A stretch of DNA of 63,586 nucleotides, counting the filler, from Octopus bimaculoides (taxonomy: Eukaryota): the NCBI RefSeq assembly GCF_001194135.2. It is 5 parts of 4 records of this genome, joined end to end, with 100 filler letters (N's around TTAATTAATTAA, not from the genome) between each part and the next. Parts side by side here need not be neighbours in the genome. Positions count along the whole stretch, not along the records: positions 1 to 10,547 come from NC_068982.1; positions 10,648 to 28,853 come from NC_068982.1; 3 more parts are not named here. One strand, given 5' to 3'. A program made the position numbers and the translations under genes. Position 1 is the first letter of the stretch. Each line of letters opens with the position of its first letter. This document shows, piece by piece, positions 1-12,859 of this stretch. The notes beneath the pieces were generated by a model. It ran no database searches and was not told the origin of the DNA. It worked only from the letters and a program-made list of their open reading frames with translations.

Positions 1-43
<43 letters not shown>

Positions 44-160
44 TATGTGCGTGTGCGTGTGTGTGTGTATTCGACGATCCGCGAACATTGTATTCTTATA
101 GAGAATATCATACTCTTTACATTTCCTAATGGGAAGTAACCATTCCATATATTCTTGCAG

Positions 161-522
161 CTTCGGAATATTTGTGTAATTTGTTACATAAAAGTGTGAC
201 ATTTTGGGGGGTGAATTTTAGAGGTTTTCGAGCTTCCAAATTTACTTTCGATTATTGGGTTTTTCGTAGCTCCCGAATAATAAGAACCTTTACATGCAAA
301 TATAGACTTGACGTATCGGCGAAAAAAGTGAGAAAGGTTACAATGCATTCTAGTCCTCTTATCATTCTGAAGTTTACAGGAAGCAAATTCACATTAACCT
401 TTCTGTGGTTTATGGAGTGGGCGATGGTTATCATGCAAATCTGGATGTGTATACGATATCGGAAGGTAATGATTGTTTAAGATTTCACAACAGACCGGTA
501 GGACGTTACACTTATCAAGTTT
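161..522 (+). pseudogene. Disrupted exon of a putative paralogue of the FN3-rich receptor gene (about 1-nt deletion near 356)
   Basis: Acceptor attcttgcag|161 and donor GTT T|gtacat at 523. It reads SEYLCNLLHKSVTFW...KYRLDVSAKKVRKVTMHSS, then in a shifted frame YHSEVYRKQIHINL...RPVGRYTYQV. Motifs resemble exons 44683-44931 (CNSLKNDLDW, VDVWRSKKELITIH) and 49434-49622 (HIVNQSDIHIYW). Length is 362 nt, one short of the 363 needed for a phase 1-1 exon. Confidence 0.5.
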
Positions 523-1140
523 GTACATATTTATATGAGGATATGTATAAGAAACTTATGAATCTCCTAATTAATTCGAAAATATTATTCTATGCAAGAT
601 AATTGGCAAGAAGACTGATAAACATAAATATACGCAGTGTATTGTAAGGGAAAGGAAATAGAAATCACACAAAAACAGAAACGAATATCTCAAATAACAT
701 GTTCAAATAAATGCAAACATAATGTGTTCTTCTGATAGAATTAGTTGCTATTGTAGTTAGGTGCCTGCAAATATATGAAACAACGTTATAGCTACGCATA
801 TGAAGTATTATGAAAGTGGTGGATATTTTACTGTATATATATACCCCGAAGTACAGAAGCCAATAATAGTTAGAATCGCCAGAAATATCAAGAACACAAA
901 CATTTCATTTTTTTTTAATTCGCATAGCAAATAATTCGCAAACGTGTTCAGAATTAAGGAATCAATAATAAATATAGAATTTAAAAATTAACTTACGGAA
1001 ATGAGTTGTTATGGTAATTATATGGACAAATATTTTCTAGTCATATCGGAGTTATTTCTTTTATAAAAGCTATTAGCTAGAGAATTGAAAACAATCAGAT
1101 TTAGATCAATGATATATGCAGTGATACACAAATACTTCCA

Positions 1141-1330
<190 letters not shown>

Positions 1331-2065
1331 AAGCATATAAGTATAACATTTCAAGATTTGGTATATAGATAAAACTATTCACGCGGAATCTGCTTCTATT
1401 GTTCACTTGTTCCAGAAACGTTTTAGCAAAATGTTACTTTGATAATTTTTCTCCAATCAGAAAACAGAATTTGTAAGGTGGTATTTTGTGCATGATAGCT
1501 ATGATATCATTATCATAACAAACTTATAAGAAATTTTGAAGTTTTGATATGTTTCAATGAATGAAGTCATGTCAAATTTTGGAACCAGCATGTAAACAAT
1601 GCACAAAAAAAAAATCCTCAATGAATTTGGTTCTTTTTGTTTTTGTCGTGAGAAATTGCACAAACAGAAACTGTACGTTAAATTACAAAAGAAGCAAACA
1701 ACGGTTCACTTCATGTAAGAAATTAATACCATTTTTTGAGCGAAAATTCAAAACCAGAATCATGTATGATCTCGCCACAAAAAGGTGTCACAAAAAGGTG
1801 TCATCAATAACATCATTGTTATGACATCAAATCTAGAGAACATATCTGTAAGCATCTCAGGTTAATAATAAAGAGTTTGAAGAACTTGTATGAGAATATT
1901 TCAGACGTAAACTATACATTCATACATTCTGTGAGCTGTGTATGTTACAAGAGACTCTTTCACAATAATTATGAGAGTTCGTGGTTTCCTTACTACCATG
2001 TGTTTAAGGTGTATGATTATCAAAAATAAATGTCTACCTTATTTAACATTCACTCAATTTTGCAG

Positions 2066-2121
2066 TGTTCCTTTTTGAAGGCTATTCTGGAACAACTCAA
2101 CTGAGTATACCTGTTAAATTA
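2066..2121 (+). pseudogene. Small exon of the putative paralogue (LFLFEGYSGTTQLSIPVKL)
   Basis: Acceptor cactcaattttgcag|, phase 1 start matching the previous donor. Donor TTA|gtatta is phase 0, matching the next exon. It completes an FN3-like F-G strand region (cf. YAINYIGTSPKSNIHV at 53692). Confidence 0.35.
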
Positions 2122-2184
2122 GTATTATAAACCTTTGATAGAATAACGAATTACATCGTAATATACTTTGTAACATAGGCACAA

Positions 2185-2372
2185 CGTTTGAAATTATCGG
2201 GGAGGGGTCTAGTCGATCACATCGACCCGAATACTTAATTGGTTCCTATTTTATCGACCCCCGAAAGGATGAAAGGTAAATCAACCCCGGCGGACTTTGA
2301 ACTCAAAACGTAACGACAAACAAAATGCCGATAAGCATTTTGTCCGGTGTACTTACGGTTCTGCCTGCTCAC
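2185..2372 (-). mobile_element. tRNA-derived SINE with a Meta/MESC-like core (other copies about 12095-12290 +, 17215-17430 +, 22435-22620 -)
   Basis: The copies share a box-B-like gagttcaaattcc and a central gcctttcatcctttcggggtcgataaa.taagtacc segment, which resembles the core I recall for MetaSINE-type elements. Confidence 0.75.
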
Positions 2373-3049
2373 CTGCTTAACCTACATCTTAATAGCAAGA
2401 TATTTTATAATTGACCCCGAATAATTAACAAATATCAATGTTATTTATGAATTCTATTTTAAACATTAAGGTTGTGAGATTATTGAGTTATACAAGTATA
2501 TTTCTACCCCGCAAACTTGCAGTTTTACAATCAGCATTTCGGATATCAGACTTCATAAACAAATATTAAAAGTGATAGTGAAACAAACATTTATAGACTA
2601 CACCACACCTGAATTAAATGAAGTTAAATTTGTTGAAATCAAACATAGCATAATACCAAAATGAAAACAATGCTAAATAAGTAGTCAATAAGTAGTCAAT
2701 AAGTAGTCAAATGCTCACTTGAATGTTGGCGTATAAATATAATTATCAAAATTCAAAGTCTGCTGGTAATAATACATACACCTAAAACAATGGCTCTCTT
2801 TCATATTTTGCAAAATAGTCAGCAATAATTCATTTTAAATATGAAACAATGTATATTTAGAAACGTTGCTGATATATTCAAGATCTAATAAAATCCAAGA
2901 CCTTCATTTGAAAATAACGTAAATCATTATATTCCAATAATTCCATATAACTCATTACCATAATGTGACTTCTAAAAGAACAAATTATTTGTCACCGTTG
3001 TTTTAGGCGATGTTAAATTAGCGAAGGATGAAATGGGATTTCTTTCTAG

Positions 3050-3207
3050 GCTTATGAAGTTGATATCAGATTAACGAATTTGTACGAAACTGTCCTGAGT
3101 GTTGTCTGTCCTAGGACCAATGGGTCTTTAACTATGGGCGTGCATTTGCTGCATGCTGTGTGGACGATTGCATTGTTTGTTCTAAAACTAATGAATTTCA
3201 GAATATG
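3050..3207 (+). pseudogene. Disrupted exon of the putative paralogue (about 1-nt deletion near 3130)
   Basis: Acceptor tttctttctag|GCT and donor ATG|gtaatt. It reads AYEVDIRLTNLYETVLSVVCPRTNGSL / NYGRAFAACCVDDCIVCSKTNEFQNM. Length is 158 nt, one short of 159. CIVCSKTNEF matches CYNCSQTNAY of the intact gene. Confidence 0.5.
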
Positions 3208-3503
3208 GTAATTAATTATACGGAACTCAACTGTTCATATCAAAATTAATTGATAAGCATTTATATGTAATTTATTGTGTGTATGCACTAAAATTTTGTA
3301 TTTAAGTCTCCATACGCATGATAGTGTCTATTTCAGTCGGTTCAAATTTATTCAATTTCAGAATATATTTTATGTCTTTATGTCTATTCCTTTACGATGT
3401 TTGACTTGTACGTTGTGTGACTTTTTCTGTAATTATTGTATAAATATTTTGGAAAGTAGTTTGTAAATAGTGGTGAATTTTACTGACCCTGCATTTTTGC
3501 TAG

Positions 3504-3676
3504 ATTGAACATTTCTGCACGAACAGGTGTAATTCTTTGCCGAAAAGCATTTATTTTTCCTACTTGCGAATTTGCGATAGTCATTCGTTTTATATATAAG
3601 ACTATCAAACAAAGGATTCTTATCAAATCAGATTTCTCGATTGTGCAGCTGGAGTAGATTATATCGTACATTCTAG
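3504..3676 (+). pseudogene. Exon of the putative paralogue with an in-frame TAA at 3597
   Basis: Acceptor gcatttttgctag|ATT (phase 0) and donor AG|gtaata. It reads IEHFCTNRCNSLPKSIYFSYLRICDSHSFYI*DYQTKDSYQIRFLDCAAGVDYIVHS. CTNRCN resembles CSQRCN in exon 57002-57203. Confidence 0.45.
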
Positions 3677-4201
3677 GTAATATGACTGAACACGCACGCA
3701 TACACACACACACACACACATACACACACACACACACACACACAGATGCATACATACACGCACGCACATACGCAAAACACATACACATTATAAATGTGCG
3801 AGTGTGAGGGTATTGATTGATTTCTATTGGCTTCCACGATGAGTATTTGTTTCAAATGAATTCTCTGGTAAAGAGTAAGTAATTGAACAATTTACGGGCA
3901 TGCAAATCCTTACTGTAATTCTGAGAGAGAAACATTGTGACATGCTGTGTAAACAAGCTGTACTGTGAAAATACAGGTACAATCCACTCAAAATGTGTTT
4001 GTTGAGTTCTCTCTAGCTAAATTCACTCATAACATGTTAGTCGATCCGTACCAATAAGAATTTTATTTGTACATGTTACACAGTGGAATACAAAATAGGA
4101 CCTCGTGATTTTCAAACGAATCTTTTAATATAAAAATAGACTCTGTTCATAAGTATATGTGTAAATATAAATGTATATGCTTGTATGTATATATGTATAA
4201 A

Positions 4202-4245
4202 TACAATAATCCCTCGATTACTGCGGGTGCTACGTTCCAAAACAA
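4202..4245 (+). mobile_element. Pogo/Tigger-like terminal fragment
   Basis: ta|caataatccctcgattactgcgggtg resembles Tigger-type TIR starts (CAGTAATCCCTCG). No partner end was found. Confidence 0.4.
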
Positions 4246-4949
4246 ATAGGTGTATATATATATATATATATATATATATGCATTGGTATTCTGTTGTGTC
4301 TGGGGAGAGTCATTTTCTTATTGTGCCTTAATATCCTTCAGCACACGAAATCACATAATAAATCTTGCAAACCAAATCCCAAAACGAAATATGTATTGGC
4401 ATGTGTGTATATATATNNNNNNNNNNNNNNNNNNNNNNNNNNNNNNNNNNNNNNNNNNNNNNNNNNNNNNNNNNNNNNNNNNNNNNNNNNNNNNNNNNNN
4501 NNNNNNNNNNNNNNNNNNNNNNNNNNNNNNNNNNNNNNNNNNNNNNNNNNNNNNNNNNNNNNNNNNNNNNNNNNNNNNNNNNNNNNNNNNNNNNNNNNNN
4601 NNNNNNNNNNNNNNNNNNNNNNNNNNNNNNNNNNNNNNNNNNNNNNNNNNNNNNNNNNNNNNNNNNNNNNNNNNNNNNNNNNNNNNNNNNNNNNNNNNNN
4701 NNNNNNNNNNNNNNNNNNNNNNNNNNNNNNNNNNNNNNNNNNNNNNNNNNNNNNNNNNNNNNNNNNNNNNNNNNNNNNNNNNNNNNNNNNNNNNNNNNNN
4801 NNNNNNNNNNNNNNNNNNNNNNNNNNNNNNNNNNNNNNNNNNNNNNNNNNNNNNNNNNNNNNNNNNNNNNNNNNNNNNNNNNNNNNNNNNNNNNNNNNNN
4901 NNNNNNNNNNNNNNNNNNNNNNNNNNNNNNNNNATATATATATATATAT

Positions 4950-6115
4950 ATAAAGACAATATTTATTCGTTAACGTTATTTCCATTTCTTTCTAGAACTT
5001 TATTCCATCTCTCATCAAGCTTATAAATACCACGCTTGTAAAATCCTTTAGTTTTCTTTTGAGGCGATATACGAATCCAACTCATTTTGAACCTCTTCTG
5101 TTGATGTCAACCCAAGACAACTGAAATGGTTCTGTAGTCCCCGAAGCAAGTGATAATCAGAAGGAGCGAGGCCTGGAGAATATGGAGGATGAAGCAATAT
5201 TTCGCAAACAAGCTCTTCCAAGAAATCTTTGGTCAATCGAGCTGTGTGAGGACGAGCATTATCATGGTGGAACATGACACCCTCTCTTTTGTCTAAGCTT
5301 TGAAACGATGAAGTTGATCACAGTAGATATTAGCAGTAATTGTTTGATTGTTGTCTAACAATTCGCAATGGACAATTCCTTCAATGTCCTACCATACGTT
5401 CAACATGATCTTCCTTGGATGAACTCCTCCACCTGGTTGTTGAACGGCTCTTCTACCTCCACTGATACACGATGGGCGGCGTTTGCCGTTCTGGTAAGAA
5501 ATTCACTTCTCATCCCCTGTAACAAGCCTTCCTATAAATGGTTCCTTAAGTAGTCATGAAAGCAATGACTGACAACAAGCAACATGCTGTTGCAGATTCT
5601 GTGCAGACTGTTCGTGCGAGTCCCATTTTCCAACCACTGAAACCTTTCCGATCCTTTTCACTTGGCGTAGAAGATTTGTATTGTATTAAACTGTTATGCA
5701 AGTTCTCTACAAATAGCGGTTGGATTATCTGTGACAACAGCTTCCAACACTTCGGTTGATTTGAGCGATGTTTTTTTTACTTGTCTTTGAAACTGAAATC
5801 CCCACTTCTGAAGCGAGAAAATCATCTCCTCCAACTCACTACATTATTCTCATACTTTTTGAAGACATTTGCTGCTGTGCTTGCATTGACACCTTTATGT
5901 AACTCATAGAGTAGGACATGTCTAATGTGATCTTTATTTCGGATGAACATGGGTGAAAATATAGCACATAATTATGGCCAATTCAACCATAATCTGAAAA
6001 ATGCATAAATTACTCATTGCGACATTCTTAAATCTTTTGCAAGATGCACAATTTGAAAACAAAAATACTATCTAAAACTGTTATCTAAAATATCGATCAT
6101 TACCTTTCCATCAAC

Positions 6116-6119
<4 letters not shown>
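4950..6119 (-). mobile_element. Decayed mariner (DD34D) transposon
   Basis: The minus strand encodes HHDNARPH...HPPYSPGLAPSDYHL, with 34 residues between the second and third Asp. Frameshifted TGDEKW-like and HPRKIMLNVW segments and an N-terminal HTH-like region are present. One end reads TA|TCAGGTTG at about 6119; the other end probably lies in the N gap. Confidence 0.92.
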
Positions 6120-6147
<28 letters not shown>

Positions 6148-6524
6148 NNNNNNNNNNNNNNNNNNNNNNNNNNNNNNNNNNNNNNNNNNNNNNNNNNNNN
6201 NNNNNNNNNNNNNNNNNNNNNNNNNNNNNNNNNNNNNNNNNNNNNNNNNNNNNNNNNNNNNNNNNNNNNNNNNNNNNNNNNNNNNNNNNNNNNNNNNNNN
6301 NTATATATATGCATGTACGTGTGTTTGTTGGTAAGTAAGTAGAAATGCATATGCTTGTTTGTAAAGAAGTATATATATATATATATATATATCACAAATA
6401 CTAAATACATCATATGATATACTTCGTATATATAGACATGTGAGTATGTCTATGTGTGAATGTATATATGTCGGTGTATGTGTGTGTGTACGAGTTCGAG
6501 CCTGTGTGTATGAGTGTGTGGTGT

Positions 6525-6562
<38 letters not shown>

Positions 6563-8060
6563 ATGAATGTTTGTTTTATACACTTGTTCGACTGAGGCAA
6601 ATAATAAGATTTAAACAAACAATAATACACCAGAGTAAAGTTAATCAACTCAGTACAGTTCCTAAACGAATATAGCATCATTTTGCCATGCCAGATAAAA
6701 AGACCATTTTCATTCTTTCTTGCCTCGCTCCCATATGCAAACATCTATTTTCTTCATCTCCACCGTCTACGGTACTTACGCAAGAACTTTCTCCGTGTAA
6801 ACTTCAATATATCACTCTGAATTTGCATATAACTCGCTTCACACAATGAAAGGACGTGGTCTCCACCACCGATGCTTTATATTCGAGATTGAATCAGAGT
6901 TTGGTAACCGTCATGCAAGCCGAAATACCGATGTCCCTTTCAAACATTTCCTTTTTAGAAATGAATAATTATGGAACTAAACTAAAGTTTTGAGTCCTCT
7001 TTCTATTTATTGTCCAACAATATCTTTATGAATATAACTGTTAAATAAACCCCTCAAAGATACACCCATACAAACATACACACATAAGTTCATATACATC
7101 TATATGTACGTGTGTATATGTAAATGCTCATATTGTGTCTTTACGTGCATACATTTATATGTGGAGAGCTGTGTATTTTGTATGCCAATGAACTAGAAGT
7201 AAGATATATGTACATATCCCTGATAGTATTTGTTAAATTATCTGCTTCACCATGTGTAGAACATTTCATGTGCCATGTTCAAGATTCTGCTGCCGCTAAA
7301 TCATTCTATTCTATTGTCTCTTGCTACAATTTCCCTCACAGCACATGTTCATCACGAAAATGTTATGGAAATAACGTCAAGTCTGTTTGAAAAGCGATTT
7401 ATGTATGATTTAACATTTAATCAATCACACTTTTACGACTTTTATATATTTCACTCGCGAACACAGAAATGTATTTTGCTGCTATTGGTATACGATTTAA
7501 CATATTTAACACTTACCAACTAATCTATCGATATATATGTACATACATACAGTTGTATATATATATACACACAAACCATATGTGCGTGTGCTTGTGTGTG
7601 TGTTTGAGAGAGAGAGAAAAGAAAGAGTATGTGTGTACTTTTTTCTATTCTATATTTGTTTCGTTCATCGGACTGCGGTCTTTGGAGAATGAAGGAGATG
7701 GACATGTCACTCTTATTTGTCCTCATGTGTGCTTCGTTGTTTTTTTTTTCTTTTCTCGGACTAAAATGCTTCTATCATTTTGGTTTTTAATACACCCACA
7801 TGTAAGCTAAGTAAGATCTCTGAAGATCTTTCTTAACTTATTGAAAAAGTGTGTGTCTTGGCAGAATAAGTCAGTAGAGCATTGGGTACTCTCCTCTCCC
7901 CACTGTACACACACAAAAAAGGAGATTTTGTGAGGCTGGAATCGTCAGAATGCAGATTTGAGTCGCAAATTTAGTCACTAGTTACTCTAGTTCTATCTAT
8001 GCAGACACACATATGCACATACATTTGTGTGTGCATGCATACCTAGCTGTATATGCGCGG

Positions 8061-8093
<33 letters not shown>

Positions 8094-10547
8094 TACACAC
8101 ACACACGCACACACACACACACANNNNNNNNNNNNNNNNNNNNNNNNNNNNNNNNNNNNNNNNNNNNNNNNNNNNNNNNNNNNNNNNNNNNNNNNNNNNN
8201 NNNNNNNNNNNNNNNNNNNNNNNNNNNNNNNNNNNNNNNNNNNNNNNNNNNNNNNNNNNNNNNNNNNNNNNNNNNNNNNNNNNNNNNNNNNNNNNNNNNN
8301 NNNNNNNNNNNNNNNNNNNNNNNNNNNNNNNNNNNNNNNNATACACACACATGCGTATACATATACATACGTTCGCATGTACCAACAAGCTACGTAGATA
8401 CACGACTGTTAGCGTTTTTTGTTTGTGGATGCGTGTGATATGTATATATGTACATCATTACGTACTCAAGCGAAAAAGAAAATGTTAATTTAATAGAAGT
8501 AGAGTATATGTTTAACGCTTTATTAAATAGACAACAAGTTCACGCATTCCCAGTGATACACGAACAGCAATTATGTGCACCTACACACCATACGTGCGTG
8601 ACTATAAAACTCTCGATTCGAGGGTGGTAACTCATTCATTTTATATGTGTATATCTATTATCTACCAAGCTATCTGTCTGTCACTGTGTTTTTGTAAGCG
8701 CCTGTTTGTTAGTATATACATATGCACATATACCCCCATATATATATATATATATATATATATTTTACGGCGGTGCGAATTCTCCCCTTAAACATCAATA
8801 GATATGGCAACAAAACTATATACACCGTTACATGAACACTAACAATCGCTTACACTTTTCAGCACACAGTACATCGAATACAAAAATCGGCATCTGAATA
8901 TTTATATTGGAAATGCTCCAGAATTTTATACATTTCTATTCTCTAAAATGCATGCATTTATTTTCATTTACTTTATGCTTGATAACTTCGTAACAAAAGA
9001 TTTTTTTCTTTATTTATTTACCTCAATTATGTAAAAAATAAACTGCTACATCAGCTCCAATACAAGGAAAATAGGGAGGCAATTGATGTGTTTGATTAAG
9101 TCAAGCATAATTCATATTCCATTGTAATAGTTTGTGAAGTTCTTACAATAGGAAATTCTAAAACAATATGAAATGTGAAAAGAAAATTTACAATAGAACG
9201 AACATCTAGAACACCATGGTACAGGACGTATTTGAAACAATGTGGTAGAGAACACAAACGGTTCGAAATTCGACGTAATAAACACGTATGGTTTGCTATA
9301 TATTTTACTTTACTTAAATCAAATGTTTGTATACTGACGCATACTCAAACACTGCATACAAGAATGATCGATCAGAAAAGACCTCACACGTCGATCTATC
9401 TTATAAATTTTAACTGTAATACAATTTTGATTTTTCTCATATATACATATGTGAACAACTACAGTCATGTTGGTTTGGCGTTTAAACATGCAAAAGCACG
9501 CGCTCATCGTGCACAGATACAAGCTTACAGAAACCCAAATGCACATACTTTCCATTCTTTGTACCAGGAAAACATCGTGTGTCGATAACAACTGATTCGC
9601 GAAGCAGTGAATCGTTAGTTTTTTTTTTTTTTTCTTTACCAAATGAATAAACTCTACATAACAAATTGAGTACTGCAACATCTTTCTTTTATCGATAATT
9701 AATATTTCTGGAAATCTGGAAAATAGGATATAGAAGGAACGCAAAGCAAAATTCAATATTCTTCAGTCATATTAATTAAAGTCCCATTTCAGTCGTTTAG
9801 AACAACACATTCACTGTATATTTAACACATCGTTATATGCAGACTTCCCGATGTTCATAGGCGCATTTACAAACATAAACATATTATTCACACACTCACA
9901 ACAATGCAAATATTCAGTTATTTCATACTGTAATCAGAATGCTGTTGAATCCTCCATGGATGACCCAAAATGTTACCATAAATGCGTCGATAAATTTATG
10001 TTGCTAATGCTAAAGTATCCCAAGAAGAAATTCTTTTTTCACCACTCCCACTTATAGAATGAGTGAGTGAGTTGTCTTTGCGCGCGCGTGTGTGTGTGTG
10101 TGTGTGTTTGTGTTTGTGCATGTATGTGTGTATGTGTGTGTGTGTATGTGTGTGTATGTGTGTATGTGTGCGTGTGCGTAATCTTTGTTTTTTCTTTCAC
10201 TGGTTTCAGCGAGAGGCTGGGGCGATGCTGGAGCACTGCTTTTTAGTGTTTTTGGGGTCCCATTTCGGTATTGTTTTTCGTGAAGAAGCGAGTTAGACGA
10301 AGGCTTGTTCTATTGGAGTAGATGTACGCCAAAGATGTTCGTTGCTGTCATTATTCCAATCAATTTTACGATAGAGTTTCATGTAGGGCAACGTTATCCG
10401 GCATGTCTTGGTACGTAATGTGATCAAACAATTGAGTTCTCATCATCGAACGAAGAACCAGTATAAATTTGAGTGCGTGTATATCTGTGTAAGTGTGTGT
10501 GTGTGTGTGTGTGTATGTGTGTGTGTGTGTGTGTGTTTGTTTGTAAG

Positions 10548-10647
10548 NNNNNNNNNNNNNNNNNNNNNNNNNNNNNNNNNNNNNNNNNNNNTTAATTAAT
10601 TAANNNNNNNNNNNNNNNNNNNNNNNNNNNNNNNNNNNNNNNNNNNN
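10548..10647. other. Assembly join N44-TTAATTAATTAA-N44 (similar joins near 28898, 59854, 62325)
   Basis: The same 12-mer, which has stops in all six frames, sits inside N runs four times. Confidence 0.95.
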
Positions 10648-10677
10648 ATATATATATATATTGCTCTACCACCACAA

Positions 10678-10713
<36 letters not shown>

Positions 10714-10906
10714 TGTGTATGTGTATACATATATATATGTGTGTGTGTCTATACAGCTCTACCACCGCAATTTTTTTTTCTTTTGTGAGTGTGTATGTGT
10801 GTATATATATGTATATGCATGCATGTATGTATGTATATGTATGCATGTATGCATTATGCATGTATGTGTGTGTGTATGTATGTATGTATGTATGTATGTA
10901 TGTATG

Positions 10907-11225
10907 TAGTGGAACTTGGTTTTGCAAATGCCTCTCATCATGAATAGTTTGGTTTAAGAACAATTTTTCAAACACAAAACATGTCAGGTGACAAACTGTC
11001 TCAAGCAACTCACACACAACCCAGCAACAACAGTTGGCAACAAGCTGGGAGTATCAATAGGAGAGCATCAGTTGTTGTCTAGCTTTCACTCAGTGCACAT
11101 CTCTGCCCAAATTTGCCAGGCCTTTTCATGAATTTCCTATGGGAAAAATAGTTTTGGTTTATGAACATTTCAGGCGATGAATGGTCTTGAAGAGCAAATT
11201 AAATCTGTAAACTGAGGTTCCACTG
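10907..11225. mobile_element. Pogo/Tigger-like MITE
   Basis: Imperfect TIRs (t)agtggaacttggttt ... aaactgaggttccactg followed by ta; no ORF. Confidence 0.6.
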
Positions 11226-12859
11226 TATATGTGTGTATAATATATATATATATATANNNNNNNNNNNNNNNNNNNNNNNNNNNNNNNNNNNNNNNNNNNN
11301 NNNNNNNNNNNNNATATATATATGTATGTATGTATGTATATATGTATGTATGTACATACATACATGCATATACTCTTCTATACAAGAAAATGGCTTAGCT
11401 TTTTTTGTATTCATACCTTTCATTATTTTCTTAAATTCTTAAATTCTAATTAAATTCTAAAACATCAAGTAAATAAAAATCATAAGATTATAATTATTAT
11501 CATTATTATTTATACTATTCAGGCATATTCATTAAAGGTACAGGTGTGGCTTTGTGTTTAACAAGTTCACTTCCCAGTCGTGTAGTTTTAGGTTCAGTCT
11601 GACCATGTTGCACCTTGGGCAAGTGTCTCTGACTATAGCTCTTGGTTGATCAAAGCCTTGTGAATGGATTTGGTAGACTGAAACTGAAAGCAGTGTGTGT
11701 GTGTGTGTGTGTATGTGGTGGGCAGTGGTGGTGAAATTAATATCTATTTTGTTTACATAACAGATGTGTAAAACAAATAATTACTTAAATAATCTTCAGC
11801 AAGTATTTTTAACAGAAGCTTCAGGTTCATCTCTACCTTGTGAGTAAAACTGAGTTGATGGAAACTCTGTTGTAGTCCATATTGCATGTCGAATCTGTTC
11901 TTAAGTAAGAGACTTCATTTAACATACCATAATCTAAGAGAAAATATTCATCTGGCATTGGGAAGATTAATAGCTAATAGTTATTTATAGTGTATACAAA
12001 TCAAGACTCAGCTAAACTGGTCTGTTTAATTCACATAACAATGTATATACTGACATTATGGATTAGTTCATTCATAAAGCATTAATTAATAAACTCATTG
12101 TTTAAAATATCTGCAGTTGTACAACTGGCGAGTCAGACAAAATGCCTTGCTGTACTTCCTTATGTTCTGAGTTCAAATCTTGTCATGGTCAGCTTTGACT
12201 TTCATCTTTTCAGGCTTGATAAAATAAAGTACCGTTCAAGTACTGGGATTCATGTAATCAACAAAACCCATTCCCCAAATTTCTCCCAAAAGGATTATGA
12301 AACTTGAACAAAGTTTCTCCTGATACTTTTAAAAGGTATCTAGATGTGTTTTTCTCTAACATATCAGATCAACAATCTGACAAAAAGGCTGCAACTAAAT
12401 TAGAGCAGCATCTAACGATCTGTTGCTACTTACACCGAAAAATTCAACAAAGCACGTTAAACCTTTGAATACACATACACAAATATGGTATAAAAGACAT
12501 AGAACATTCAACTGTGAAGGCACTACTCCAGTATGACATTGGCCACCTTGGTGACTAAATCAAGCTAATGTGAGTGTATAATGTAATCATAACAGCATAC
12601 TTGCTCTTACTTATGAAATAGTAATAGCAAAACTAACTTCACTGATACCAAAAAGTAAAAAGTATGGAATTACCATTACAACAGGTTGTTGAAGAAAGAG
12701 AAAACATAGTATTAGTTGAGTGAGGATACACACTCAAGTATCAGCATCCTCTACAACTGCTACAAGGAGAAAGGAAATACACTAATATGATGAAACTGCA
12801 GTGGCATGAGGTTGATAGACAAGGTAATGAAAGATATAGAAAGACTTACAGCACAGTTC

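Noticed and set aside
328-353. 26-nt GT-AG intron that would repair the first frameshift
   Set aside because: It is implausibly short and would delete VRKVTMH, the part that best matches the intact gene.
2471-2660. Open frame GCEIIELYKY...SIIPK after a weak acceptor
   Set aside because: It ends in a stop with no donor, and its phase does not fit the neighbouring exons.
3051-3095. Hammerhead-like cttatgaag...cgaaactgtc
   Set aside because: The core is CUUAUGA, there is no stem II, and the sequence is better explained as part of the pseudogene exon.
3597-3599. Rescue of the pseudogene by A-to-I editing of TAA to TGG
   Set aside because: Editing cannot fix the two 1-nt frameshifts, and there is no evidence for it here.
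4250-5026. Long ORFs in the track that span N gaps or microsatellites (also near 8 kb, 18.4 kb, 23 kb, 41.7-42.5 kb, 47.8 kb, 57.7 kb, 62.4 kb)
   Set aside because: They are open only because of Ns or stop-free dinucleotide repeats (YI, HT, CV, MY runs); there is no coding signal.
10592-10603. Recurrent palindrome TTAATTAATTAA
   Set aside because: It is always embedded in N runs, so it is a scaffolding linker, not biological. Order and orientation across these joins are less certain.
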